Shown here piece after piece: positions 1 to 12,656 of a stretch of DNA of 64,000 nt; position 1 is the stretch's first letter, and every line of letters begins with the position of its first letter. The stretch comes from Eledone cirrhosa (Eukaryota). Both the position numbers and the translations under genes were made by a program. The notes beneath the pieces are model-generated. The model saw only the letters and a program-made list of their open reading frames with translations, made no database searches and had not been told where the DNA came from. The stretch spans positions 291,958,001 to 292,022,000 of the forward strand of contig OZ024743.1 in the NCBI GenBank assembly GCA_964016885.1. The letters run 5' to 3'.

Positions 1-174
1 CACAAATATTATTGTTTGATGATGTTTGTTTTTGAAATGCGCATAATAAAATATATTGAACTCCTTTAACCATCTTTTGATCTTATATTATGCATACTCC
101 AGTCCCACAAACTGTAGAGTGCTTCTTATCCGATATCTGCATTGCTTTATTGTACTACAATAAAACTCACCTCC

Positions 175-177
<3 letters not shown>

Positions 178-253
<76 letters not shown>
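178..253. repeat. (TA)n microsatellite, representative of dozens of (TA)n/(CA)n/(GA)n/(CATA)n tracts in the window
   Basis: Direct dinucleotide run. Most short ORFs in the ORF track (YIYI, HTHT, CVCV) are translations of such tracts. Confidence 0.99.
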
Positions 254-255
<2 letters not shown>

Positions 256-919
256 TCTTTAAAGCGATGAAATACCAATGATGATTGGAAGATCACTGAT
301 GAAGGACTAACTATATATATTTTTTTTTTTTTTTTATTGACTGGTTTTGGTCTATTCTACTGACTGCCGAATAGCTTTGTTATATTTAACCACTCTGTCG
401 AGAGCTTCATTCGATTTATGATATTTTGCATTTACGCAATATTATACACAGATGAATTCATTCGCCTAATTTAGGTGTTGCCTCCCTTGCTGAACCCCAC
501 GTGGGGTCAGTTACAGACACATCTATGTGGTCTTTAGAACTGAATCCCGTTGATAACACGCACTCCTAGTTCAGTCAGGATACGAGAAACTTAACATCCT
601 TTATGTAAGTGGACAGTAAATGACTTATGGAGACGCAGAAACCCCAACACTGGACTTTACCATCATTCCAGGGGTCCGGTGATTAAAAAACATTTATGCT
701 TTCATATATTTTTATATCTGTATATATGTTTGACCCGAAATAGGAGATCCAATCTTCGCTGTGTGGATAATTATTTTAACCACCATCTCAGTGTGTTTGG
801 CCTTTAACGTAAGTTGTGAGCTCCAATTCTTTTGAATTATTGAGTGCTTGCCTCACAATTCGAAAGTGTTTTTTCGTTATTTGATAGGCTGAAATTCGAT
901 TCTCGATAATTTCTACTGG

Positions 920-1319
<400 letters not shown>

Positions 1320-1671
1320 TGGTGTACCGGCAAGGTCATATGGTAAAATAATAAAATACTAAACATATAATTACTTCATTATCCGATTTGCTATGTTTAC
1401 AAAAAAGGCGAAACATCGTTTATCAGCGGTTTGCTAAAATCACAGTGTAAAGTCAATGAAGAGTTACTAAATCATTAGCTGTTATCTGTTCAGCCATTAC
1501 TACAGTTAATTCACCAGACAATGATCTCTTTGAATGCGTGTAGTGAGTTAGCAAGAAATGTTAGAAAGCCAGACGAAAAACTTATATTATTTAAAATTGG
1601 CCATCTACGCACTGAATCCATGATGTTTACACACACTAACAAAGACAACGAAATATAAATATATATGTATA

Positions 1672-1713
<42 letters not shown>

Positions 1714-1860
1714 GACGTGTGTGTGTGAAGTGATACTAACTTGGCAAAAAGTTCAATCTGATATCGTGTGTATTACATTGTGGAAGGGACGTGATACTAA
1801 TCTAATTCAATCGAACTGTTACATTCGCCTGTGCTTTATTTCGTGATACTATTTTATATT

Positions 1861-2468
1861 ATACTAGCAGTGGTACTCAGCGTTACACGGGATAAGGTAT
1901 TTGGAACGCGGGCCGCCAACAGACCTAATCCAGGAAAAACTGCATCCTTGGGCAATATGTAACGAAAATAAACCGAATACTCTGATGGCTGGATAATCTA
2001 AGATTTTCCTCGATGAAGCAGGAAAAAGGCAGGTTTTCACCTAATGCGGGCCCTAGGGGATCAAGAAAATGTTTTTTTATGTGCGTAATATGCCTTCAAA
2101 TTTCGGGTTAATCGACTAACCGTAACGCCTCAAAAAAGCCCTAAATAGCTGAAAATAATGAAGTGTTTCACCTAATGCGAGCCCTAGGCCATAAAAAAGT
2201 TGGATTTTCTTTGCTCACGGTATGAAGAAGAAACTGACTAATACATAGTTACAATTTCAAGGAAATCGGTCTGACGTAACGCCTAACCCCCCCCCCCCTA
2301 AAAACCTGGAAAACACGCAGTTTTTCACCTAATGCGGGCCCTAGGGGATCAAAAAGTTGAATTTTATGTGCATAACACTCCCTGAAATATAAGTAATACA
2401 CATGTAAAGTTTGAAAAAGATCGGTTGGGTACATCTCGGGTTTCACACACACACACAAACACACACAC

Positions 2469-2562
<94 letters not shown>

Positions 2563-2665
2563 ACACATACACACATACATACATACATACATACATACAT
2601 ACATACATACATACATACATACATACATACATCCTTCCTCAGTTTTATATATATACATATATAGA
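1861..2665 (+). mobile_element. Non-autonomous Helitron/Helentron-like (Lep1/HINE-like) element with internal subrepeats and a 3' (CA)n/(CATA)n tract
   Basis: Starts ATACTAGCAGTGGTACTCAGCGTTACACGGG. TTTCACCTAATGCGGGCCCTAGG recurs at ~2035, ~2167 and ~2323. A microsatellite at 2444-2630 is followed by a short tail ending TTTTATATATATA. This resembles the layout of microsatellite-carrying non-autonomous rolling-circle elements. Confidence 0.55.
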
Positions 2666-3088
2666 TTAAAATAACAGATTAAAGTTCATGCAAAGAAACG
2701 TTGCTTTCACCCTTAACGGGATCTTCTGAAACTAAAAACATCAATCTGTGAAAGCAGAAGTAAATATTTCAAAAAACGTTGCAATCGAAGGAAAACAGGA
2801 AGACGATACTTTGGGTCGTGAAGGCGTTCCCTGGCAATAAACGGAAAATAGCGAACATAATACGTCATAATGTTCGTCAGAATGTCGTAATGCAGACAGC
2901 CAGGCATACAGATAAATTTTATAAGAGCGCTACGGATATGGATAACCGGCGCCTAACACCCCTTTATCAACAGAAAATTGAAAAATAAAAGCTGCAGTTA
3001 ATATATTTAGACCGCAAGGAATATATAAATGCAAGATTGAAGTCAATCGGAGTAGAACTGTGGATTTGTATAGACTTTGCAAAAATGA

Positions 3089-3173
<85 letters not shown>

Positions 3174-3249
3174 GACCCACACACACACACACGCGCAAAC
3201 ACACACACACATCTAAACACACACACAGACAACATCAGTTTTATATATA

Positions 3250-4712
3250 TAGATAATTGATTAAAATGTTTCATCGAAATTATATAAAATACCGTATTGT
3301 TATATTTGGGGAGGGTCATATTTGCGTAATATTGCCAGAATTAATAACAGAACACACTCACTGTTTGGTTGGTTTTCGCTTCTCGCTGTCTTTCATATAT
3401 ATATATCTGCGATCTTACTCGGTCCTCAATGTTGCCATTGACTGACCGGCGGTCAAAAATAATACAGATACAATATAGACAAACACATATATATATAGTT
3501 TACATAATTTACATAAATCTTTCGTTGCACATCTGCAACATCGTCAGTGGTGTTATATTCATTGTTCCTCCTGTTGTGTTGTATGTCTACGCCATTTTTT
3601 TGTTCAGTCTGTCTATATATTTATTTATTTATTTGCTTGTTTGTTTATCTTATTTTATTTTGTCTTCTTTGCGCATGCGTTTGCGTGTGTGTATAGTGTT
3701 ATGTGTGATGTGTGACTAGTGTGTATAGTGTTGTGTCTGCTGGGTGACTAGTGTGTGTTTATGTGCTTGTGTATGTATTTATTTATCTTATTTTATTTTA
3801 TTTAATTTACTTATTTATTTATACTTCTCTTAGGTCAGTGTTGTTTGTTTGGGTGTTGTTGTTGTTCCACTCATTCTTTCTGTTTAGCTTTGGTCTTCTA
3901 ATTTCTATTTCACTGGCCTCTCTGATTTGCCTATCTGCTGGGTCATTCCTATGTTTAGATATTATTCTAATTTCTATGTTGTCTATGTTACCGTCATGTT
4001 GTTGTCTAGCATGTTCGTATAGTACTGACCCGTTTTTTCGTCCTTTTAGTTCCCCCCAGTGTTGGTCTATCCTTTCACCTATGCTACGAGCTGTCTCACC
4101 TATGTATGTTGTTGTCGTGTTTCTGCAAGTACCCTCTGTACATCTTATGCTATAGACTACGTTTCTAGTTTTACAGTTTATCCGGGGGTTCACCTTACAT
4201 ATGATACATTTCCTATTGGTACAGTGGGTTTTCTTAAAAGGGTAGGTTTTGCTGATCAGGGATTTTATGGTGGTTCCTGGCTTTTCTACCACCTTTATTT
4301 TTAAGTGGGTCTTTCTCAGGGCCTTTCTACACTGGTTAGCTAATTTCCCTCCAGGGGTGGCGTCCACAAACATGACACTCTGATATCTCTGGTTGTCGTA
4401 CCATGATGTGGCCTTCCCTATCTTATGTCTAGCCCTATCTAAGCTATTCCATGATTTGCTCCTGTATAGTGGGCAAATTCCTTTCATGTCCAGTTCTATG
4501 AGGGTCTTATACTTTTCCATGGCTCCTTCGTATACTCTGACTCTGTCTCTTTGGTTGTAGCCAGAGAACTGCATGCGGTTGATGAAGTGTTGGATGTGTC
4601 CTTCCATTTCTGTTGGGTCGCACATGCTGGACACATTCTTCATCACTCGTACCAAATCTGCGATCAGAATATTAAACTTAGCACTACTGGACATTGCTGA
4701 GTTTTTGGTATA
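3250..4712 (-). mobile_element. 5'-truncated Penelope-like element (Neptune-like), copy 1, with 3' pseudo-LTR
   Basis: Contains the GIY-YIG ORF. Aligns by eye with 52396-53805, and homology stops at ~4712. The 3' end abuts (TA)n/(CA)n. Confidence 0.9.
3512..3550 (-). ncRNA. Minimal HHR motif in the PLE pseudo-LTR (probably decayed)
   Basis: Minus strand reads CCA-CTGACGA-T-GTTGCA-GATG-TGCAAC-GAAA-GATT-TA-TG. Stem II is a perfect 6 bp; stems I and III are weak. Confidence 0.7.
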
Positions 4713-4721
4713 AAATACCAA
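3819..4721 (-). CDS. C-terminal part of the PLE polyprotein: RT thumb, Cys-rich linker and GIY-YIG endonuclease (5'-truncated, so the start is not genuine)
   Basis: NVVYSIRC...TYIGETARSIGERIDQH (GIY-YIG), SVLYEHARQQH, RQIREASEI...PKLNRKNEW. The linker CTNRKCIIC...NC is typical of the Neptune group. Confidence 0.88.
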   Translation of the reverse strand: MVFYTKNSAMSSSAKFNILIADLVRVMKNVSSMCDPTEMEGHIQHFINRMQFSGYNQRDRVRVYEGAMEKYKTLIELDMKGICPLYRSKSWNSLDRARHKIGKATSWYDNQRYQSVMFVDATPGGKLANQCRKALRKTHLKIKVVEKPGTTIKSLISKTYPFKKTHCTNRKCIICKVNPRINCKTRNVVYSIRCTEGTCRNTTTTYIGETARSIGERIDQHWGELKGRKNGSVLYEHARQQHDGNIDNIEIRIISKHRNDPADRQIREASEIEIRRPKLNRKNEWNNNNTQTNNTDLREV

Positions 4722-6006
4722 TAGCCAACAAAGAGCATATAAAGTGGAACTGTATTAATGAATAATGTGTTTGCACTCTGTGCTTTAAATGGATATCAGG
4801 CACAAGCATAGATGTCCCTTTATCATCTATCGCCTTTGGGGGTCACGGTTATTTCGGTTCTGAACATCATTTTCGTTATTTTCTCCTGTAGTGCCAGGAG
4901 CTGTAAAACAATTGCTGCCAGGGAAAACTATGTATTGAATGCATGACAAGAATAATACAAGATCACAAGATATGACAAACAATATATGAATGTATGAAAG
5001 GATATCAACAAACAATGTCTGTATTCGGTAATCATGTATCTTACGTCATTTTGACTGAATAGTGAAGGAAGGTGCACGAAAGTAATAGTGAAGAATAAAT
5101 AAGTGTATCTTTTTTTAAAACGCTAGTCCAGAACGACACAATTAAAGCCCTGCGAAGCCAGACAAGTGACAAATAGCCTATCTGAGAAATAACGGACTGA
5201 ACAGCAGAAGTGATGAGAAATACATGTACATATATTCATGCACATGTGCAATTCTGTGAGTGTGGGATATGAATATTGAATGTTTGAACAAATGAAAAGA
5301 AGAATGGTCTTATGGAAAAAAGAACACAATGCAAGCGGTAAATTGTGAAACGTTGTTTCCAGTGAAAGATTATATGTTATGCTTCTTCATAGACGCTGAA
5401 AATAGAAAGTATGTAGGACATATCTTGAAAAATATGTATGTTGTTAATTTATGAGTTAGGTGGTGTGTCATATACGAAATAATACAACGAAAAACTAAGG
5501 CTGAATAAATAAATGGTACTAAAAATGTGCTTGTGTTAATATGGTGTTATATGGAAATCAAGAAATGAAAGTATAACACAGACTAAACACGAATAAGATT
5601 TGTTACAAACAGAATTTCATATATGAAACCATTAAAAAATAAAAGTTTGGAATTTGGAGGAGCATTTTGTTAATTTAATATATAGGGGAAAACTGACCAT
5701 GGTGTAATATTATTGAAAATGATATATATATATATGTACAAAGATAGAATATCTTAGTTTGTATAAGTTTTCTAGTAAAAGAAAGAGTTGTCAGAGAGAC
5801 GGATATCTATTATCGTTTTATGTGTAGTTAGTGCACTTGTGAAAAATCATAGAGCTGAAGTAACAGCCATTCAGTGTAGTTAGTTCTTAATTTGATTTAC
5901 TTTTTCAATATATTATTTTATATATCAGTACACACCGATTCTTAACTTTTGCTTTCCTCCGCCCCAATAAGCATGCAAATTTCTCCACACAATGTTTTTC
6001 CGTGCG

Positions 6007-6038
<32 letters not shown>

Positions 6039-6138
6039 CGTGCGTGTGTGTGTAAAAGGTAAACAAAAATAAAACCAGAATCGGTACAGTATATGGAAGG
6101 AATATATTAGGTTAACGCTTGAAATAGCAGCAAGAGGG

Positions 6139-6174
6139 TCTTAACGTTTCGGGCGCTAGTCCTTCATCAGAAGA
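6139..6174 (-). ncRNA. Minimal type I HHR
   Basis: Minus strand reads TCTT-CTGATGA-A-GGACTAGCGCCC-GAAA-CG-TT-AAGA. Stem I TCTT/AAGA, palindromic stem III AACGTT, GUU triplet, imperfect stem II. Confidence 0.8.
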
Positions 6175-6497
6175 AGGTTAGAGGAATAAGATAGATTGAA
6201 GGGACGGGTGGGTTAGAATTGGAAAAACTGTCTTTAGATAAAAATAACAATTCCATTCATGTTGACATCTCTTAACAAAATTGTTAGTGATTGCGTTTCG
6301 AGTATAATTATTTTTTTTAGAAAAGTGGATGATGGAGCACGTCTACCTGAAATGGAAAAAAAGGTTTTGTAAAAAGAACTGTACTTGTGTGCGTGCGTAT
6401 GTGTGTGTGTCTTATTATTCGTCCGTACGAAACTATGAGCAAAGGGAGGTTCATGCTGCCAATAAAATTCAAAAACGATATATATGTGTGCGTATAT

Positions 6498-6618
<121 letters not shown>

Positions 6619-6821
6619 CAGAAATATATGGAGGAGAAGACATGGCTTAAAAAAATATTTTTATTCCTTACACAGTGTTTCTTCCATGGGTACCGTCTAT
6701 AATCCCATGGAAGGAATAAGCGAGATTTATATGCTTAAGTGGTATTATAACCATCAGATTCTTCAGATGAATTCAAGTTCTTTCTAATGCTGTCACAAAA
6801 GAGATAAACATAGGCCGTACG

Positions 6822-7026
6822 ACATGTAAAATAACAGGCTACGCATTCAGGAACAAATCAGTCTTTAAGAAAATATTTTCGGGGAAGCCAGAAAAATATC
6901 AACGGCCATTTTTCAGAAAAGAGACATTCAAAAATGGCCGTTGATGTTTTTCTAGCTTCTCCGAAATCGTTTTATTTTTTTAAAGATTATATTCTTCCTG
7001 AATGCGTAGCCTTTTATTCTGCACAT
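6822..7026. repeat. Imperfect inverted repeat (MITE-like)
   Basis: AGGCTACGCATTCAGGAA...CAACGGCCATTTTT is mirrored by AAAAATGGCCGTTG...TTCCTGAATGCGTAGCCT. Confidence 0.75.
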
Positions 7027-9009
7027 AGTTATACCCTTCGGATTTTAGATTTTCTGATAGAGATGGGTTTAATGGCGCAAATTGTTTCTCTTCTTCATTA
7101 ATTTTAATTAAATAAAATATACTTATAGAATTAGAAATGAAATTCAGGTTTTACATTGACATATTGAACCACTTTCATGATATATAAGATATAATTTCAG
7201 GGTTTTTATTGTATTTTCAATCTACTATTTTATTCTGACACAGAATACATTTAGAGAGTCTCGCTTAGAATTATCTATGGAAGTAAAGTGAGGGAATAGT
7301 ATCAGTATGATTCATAGAAGTGTCGCAGGCAGTGCTGGTGTCATGTTTTGTGTGTCACCAGGTTGTGTTGACATCATGATATGTGAGGATGTAGGCTGTG
7401 GTGACAGATTTAAAAAAGGAAATGTTGTATTAAAATGTCTAGTGTGACCAAATAGTATATTAAAACGCTTACCCAGTTTTCCAAATCGATTACATACTCA
7501 TTGAATTAAATACTTCTTCATTCATTCGCATAATGATGTAGTTATTGTGGTTGTAGGGTTAGTGTTTTGAAAATCGATACAGCATAACACATTTGATAGT
7601 ATATGAATTATCTTACCTTCACCTTTGTTGTCCGGAATCTTATCAATGTCGCCTAATGTTAGTGATTCAGTCAGCCACCCAGTGAAATTACATTGTATCT
7701 GTCTTCAGCTAATGTTAATTCAAGTCGCAGTTCTGTGCTTCACATAATAATAATTACATCCGCTATAATTAACTTATGAGGAATATTAGCTGATAAAATT
7801 TTATTGGGCGAATTAACAAACTATTAGATTAAACTAATCAGTAATTGTCTAATTTAATTTCCATAAAGGAAATTAAATTAGATGTCCAATGACCCGTTTG
7901 ATGTTTCTTCTTGCTTTTGTTTTCGACACATATTATACAAAACAGATAGTAAGCTATCTATTTCTTTTACACAACAGGCAAAAAATAATGTCGAAGCTAC
8001 CATTTTTTTTTTGTATTTATATGTTTGGTTATGATTGCTGGGCGGTATCCATTAACATGTGATAAGTCAGTTTTTATTGAACTTGAGTAAATATAAAAGA
8101 AGTGCAATAAATTCTACTTCCATAGAGATATGTGTGAGAAAAGGGAAATTATTTCGATGCGTTAATCAATGGATATGTGACAGTATAAATAATATATTTT
8201 TAGCGCTTCGCTTTTCTGGGAAGATCTCATATGGCAGAAATATGCCACAAAAATTATACTGATAATGGTTACTTACTAATAGTGTATTTTTCTGACCACA
8301 AAGTTATTTATAATTTGCTGGGTAATACTCCCTGCATTGCATATGCTTCCATTTTATTAAAATATGTTTTTCTTTATTGTCTATCTGGCTGGTTGTATTT
8401 GTATGAACATGCCGTGTAGATCTTTCTTTTTTCATCTGTGTATATATGTGCAGCGTCTTAACTATACACGCTTCCCTAAGTACAGTGTGTGAGTGTAGAT
8501 ATGTGTTTAATTATAAAAAATACCTTCGAAATAACCTTTTTAAAACGTTCTATGTACAGAGTTTTTTTCCTTTTTGAAATATGTATGTTTTAAGGTATTC
8601 TGAGGCTGTGTTCTTGAAACGTTATGCTAAATATTTTTCTAATTTGTTTTAAAAATTCCTTCCAAGCATTGTTTACGGTGATTGTCGCATACGATACAGT
8701 TACGGGTGTGTACGTGATCGGTGTGGACGAGGGCGCCCAAAGACTGAGAAGACGGCGAAGGGCCGACATCAGTTGAAGCTTACAACCCCTTACCTACTAC
8801 AGTAATAATTCCGATCTAAGAAACCACTTTGATTGACAGGTGGAGAATGAAAAGAACCAAATAGTGGACAACCATGAGTGGCTAGAAATATCTCATGACG
8901 TGTACAATTCTTGACCACTCATAGAATGACAACAACAGGATCTAAGCTGACAGGCGAAGGATATCGATGTAAAAGGACATTAGGAAAATCTGCTTTGTAG
9001 AATCAAGAC

Positions 9010-9223
9010 GTATCTAAGGACCTTGCGATTTTCAGAGTCAGGTTTGATCATCACATCGATCGTACCTCGAGCTGGTCGCGAGAGAAACGATTGTAATATG
9101 TACAATAAATTCAAATCGTCGCAATACTGATTCTCTTTTTTGTGTGATATCATACTCTGCTCTATGAGAGCATCGACTGTTCAAACAGCCTACCGCATAC
9201 GGACGCTTTAAACATCCAACACC

Positions 9224-9276
<53 letters not shown>

Positions 9277-9527
9277 ATATATATATATATTTAGAGAAAG
9301 TGAGGATTTGCTCCGAAACCACTAGAGGTGTCTGAGGAACCTCCGAATCCAGAGTCAGGTTAGATCCACACTCAGATCGAACATCGAGCGGTTCACCGGG
9401 GAAACAATTGTAACACGTAATAAATAAAGTTCCGATGCATCACTGATTCTTCGTTTTTCATTTTATCATACTCATAGAATGATCAACCGGCATACCGCCT
9501 ATGGACGCATCTTAGCAACCATAAGAC

Positions 9528-9530
<3 letters not shown>
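9010..9530 (+). repeat. Two diverged tandem copies of an HHR-bearing pLTR-like repeat separated by (TA)n; same family as 19998-20335
   Basis: CAGAGTCAGGTT..GATC..TCGAGC..GAAAC(A/G)ATTGTAA..AATAAA..ATCATACTC..ATGGACGC is shared by 9010-9225 and 9328-9530. Confidence 0.7.
9328..9416 (+). ncRNA. Type I HHR motif with extended stem II (CUGAGGA variant)
   Basis: GTGT-CTGAGGA-(~62 nt, CC...CCGG)-GAAA-CAATTG-TA-ACAC. Stem I GTGT/ACAC, palindromic stem III, GUA triplet. Confidence 0.7.
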
Positions 9531-9597
<67 letters not shown>

Positions 9598-9599
<2 letters not shown>

Positions 9600-9690
9600 C
9601 TTTGCCTTTAATCCTTACGGGGTCGATAAAATAAAGTACCAGTAATGTACTGGGTAATTTCTGGCCTTGTGCCAAAAGTAGAAACAATTA
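9598..9690 (+). mobile_element. 5'-truncated tRNA-derived SINE (same family as 59188-59374)
   Basis: ATCCTTACGGGGTCGATAAAATAAAGTACCAG...TTGTGCCAAAAGTAGAAACAATTA is the reverse complement of the copies at 50531, 59188 and 62023. Confidence 0.85.
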
Positions 9691-10362
9691 TATTATATAA
9701 TATTATATATTAGATATTAGTTTAACAATGGTATCAATGACACAGGCAAGTTATTTTATATATATATTTCATTGTTTTAAGATCCTTTCGGAGGGTTGAT
9801 CATGCTGATGTATTGACTGATCTCACTGTATATATGTGTATGCATGCGTGTGTGTATGTGTGTGCTTGCGAATTGTGCTGTTGGTTCTGTCCATCTGGGT
9901 TCTAAGATCAAATTGTGTGATTTACTTTTGACATTCCCTGGTTGCTAAATAAATTATAATTCTATTGGGGTGTATTGTTACAATACTTAGACCGTTTGGA
10001 GAGAATTACAGTATTGTTTTCCACCTACACAAATTGTATGTTCAAATGCTTAGTGGAAAATGTGTGATATGAAAGCTGGTGCTCCTTCTAAAACAACTCC
10101 AAAGGAAACTATGTGGTGCAATCTCATAGAAAGATGTCTAAACCTACAAATTGAATGATGTAACATCAGACGGATAAGAAGACTAGAAGAAGGTGGCGTG
10201 CTACTGGTTACATAATTAGTTAGGCAATTATTAAGCTTAGAACTCGATACAATATTTAAAGTTAAGTGCAGATATTATACCATTCAACGGTCGAAAAAGT
10301 GTAAGCTCGATTGACCTGTTTATAAGTACACAGACACAGACACAGAACTATATGTATATAGT

Positions 10363-10470
<108 letters not shown>

Positions 10471-10484
10471 TGTATAATGGTTAT

Positions 10485-10790
10485 ACAACTGAAGTATACG
10501 TCTCTGTACACTGAGGATATTACTGACGACATCCTGTAAATACAGCGTAAAGTCAATATGGCGCACTCGGCCGTAAATGAACGTTCAAGAATGAAGCAGC
10601 TGAATGCAGAATAGGCTAACAAACCACACGTCATTTACACAAATATTACTGCTGACTACAATGTGAAATGGTCCAACATTTTATGGAAGCGGATATTGAG
10701 AGTTAACTGTTTTAATCGTTAACACCGTACTGTCCGTGTCAGTATATAGGAAACAACATATGATTGGCTACTTGCCCAACACATCAACAG
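10485..10790 (+). pseudogene. Decayed RTE-like LINE RT fragment
   Basis: Translates through stops as QLKYTSLYTEDITDDIL*IQRKVNMAHSA...LWKRILRVNCFNR. This resembles the post-YLG region 'EI..RI..A..AF' and 'LRRIL.I.W.DR' of RTE elements. Confidence 0.5.
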
Positions 10791-11013
10791 ATCTGCTCTC
10801 CTGTTTATCAAGTAAACATTGCTTGCATAGTTCTATTTTGTTTCAATTTCTCTTACCTAAATTTCTCTCTTACCACTACCACCCTTTACCCTTCTCGTTA
10901 TCTTTCTCTTTCACTCATTAAACCAAATCTTAGAGAATAATGGAGTGAGTGTAAATAAATATATAAATACATATATGTGTGTGTGTGTGTGTGTGTGTAT
11001 GTGTGTGTGTGTA

Positions 11014-11087
<74 letters not shown>

Positions 11088-11604
11088 CGTGTGTATGTGT
11101 ATGTATGTGTTTCAATGCAGTGCACACATTTGAACAGAATTATGAATACATCTGTCACACATACATATACATACATACATATATATATAAATATGTGTGT
11201 GTGTGTGTGTGTGTGTGAGTGAGTGTGTGTGTGTGTGTGTATGTGTGTGTAATTCAGCAGAGTCACCGGTCCTCCAAATAGTACTTTTTTTTATCACCTG
11301 GGAGTGAAAAGCCCTCAGTTGTTGTCACAAACACCTTTCTAGGAGAGGGAAACTCTGAAAAACACGTGCATCTTCGGAAGCATCCGATGATGTTGACCAG
11401 TTATCATTTTTGGGTGGTGTTTTCGATGCCCAGTGAGTGGGATTGGTTGAGTGCAAGGCCTTTCCCGACTTAAAAACATGCAAAGCACAGGCATTGATTT
11501 TCGTGATATGTTATAGGCCGTGTGACAGGCCGTAGCCTAAAGGTACACTAAACTCTATAATCCTGCAAGCAATTGCAGCAATCTTAGCAGAGTTTTCAGC
11601 CATC

Positions 11605-11631
<27 letters not shown>

Positions 11632-11638
<7 letters not shown>

Positions 11639-12031
11639 GTTTGAATATGTGTAAAAAAGCCAAAACAATGCAGATATGGACATAGAAAAAAGAATGCAAT
11701 TGTAAAAGATGTTGATAATTCGTCCTTTACCTTGAATTTATTAAAATGTCCTTAATTTTCGAGATAATATCTCTTCTTCGGAGGGAAATAAAGGTCTCAA
11801 ACCAGCGCTTTAAATATCTAGCCAAGCCATGCATGGCTTGGTTAGATATTTAAAGCGCTGGTTTGAGACCTTTATTTCCCTCCGAAGAAGAGATATTATC
11901 TCGAAAATTAAGGACATTTTAATAAATTCAAGGTAAAGGACGAATTATCAACATCTTTTACAATTGCATTCTTTTTTCTATGTCCATATCTGCATTGTTT
12001 TGGCTTTATTACACATATTCAAACGTTTATA
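11632..12031. repeat. Near-perfect spacerless palindrome with 200-bp arms, each carrying an HHR-like motif
   Basis: Centre CCAAGCCATG|CATGGCTTGG at 11831/11832. Two arm mismatches seen. Flanked by (TA)n. Confidence 0.95.
11879..11913 (+). ncRNA. Minimal HHR-like motif (CCGAAGA core variant); mirror copy at 11750-11784 on -
   Basis: CCT-CCGAAGA-A-GAGA-TATTA-TCTC-GAAA-AT-TA-AGG. The core deviates from consensus at U4. Confidence 0.55.
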
Positions 12032-12091
12032 CCTCATTACACAATGCTTCAAGTGAACTATAACCTCCTCCATATATATATATATATATAA

Positions 12092-12285
12092 GAAGAGATT
12101 CAAGGGCCCGACGGCTGAGATTTGGCCGCTGGCCGTTTTGACAGCTAGATCCCAACTAAAATATTTTGTTCGGATCTAGCTGTCGAAACGCCAGAGCTGA
12201 GCACTCGGGATCCTAATATTTGCATATTACCCATCTACTACCCCAAGTATTGAGTACTCTGGTGGGTTATGGTCTAGCTGGTTCT
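12092..12285. repeat. Dispersed short hairpin repeat family (also 19288-19465, 61843-62010 inverted, partial 18775-18840)
   Basis: AAGAGTCAGGACCC..GGCTGAG...CTCAG..GGGGTCGTGACTCTT hairpin followed by a shared tail CCAAGTATCGAGTACTCTGGTG..TTATGGTC. Confidence 0.7.
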
Positions 12286-12656
12286 CATCAAGACGTTCCC
12301 TCCCACTCTTGCGACTGCTGGACTTGAAAACAGGCGAGAATATATGGTTTCCTCGTCAATGTAAATAAGGTGATTCATCTCATTTGCATATGAAGCTGCA
12401 TACGTTGGCTCAATTTATAATAGAATTAGGGTTTAGCTTCATGCATAGCTATATACAGATCGACATTCCAATACATATCTGTACACAGCTATGCATGAAC
12501 CTAAATCATAATTCTATTCTATTATAAGTTGAGCCAGCTTTTTATGCAAATGAGATTAATCACCTCATTTAGACGGACGAGAAAACTATGTTTTATCGCC
12601 TGTTTTCAAGTCCAGCAGTCGCAAGAGTGGGAGGGATCGTCCTGATGAGAACCAGT
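12278..12656. repeat. Imperfect inverted repeat (MITE-like, ~165-bp arms)
   Basis: CTGGTTCTCATCA..CCCTCCCACTCTTGCGACTGCTGGACTTGAAAACAGGCGA is mirrored at 12596-12656. An inner segment is partly repeated at 12794-12842. Confidence 0.85.

Noticed and set aside
296-312. CTGATGAAGGACTA, similar to the 5' half of the 6139 HHR
   Set aside because: No matching stem II/GAAA half follows; at most a truncated remnant.
8740-8785. CTGAGAAGACGGCGAAGGGCCGACA, HHR-like
   Set aside because: Both core boxes deviate and no stem I is found.
10543-10612. bHLH-like peptide AVNERSRMKQLNAE
   Set aside because: Bounded by stops, lacks the helix-loop-helix continuation, and its flanks fit a decayed RTE LINE better.
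12640-12656. CCTGATGAGAACC core-like motif
   Set aside because: No downstream GAAA or stem architecture; it is part of an inverted-repeat terminus.
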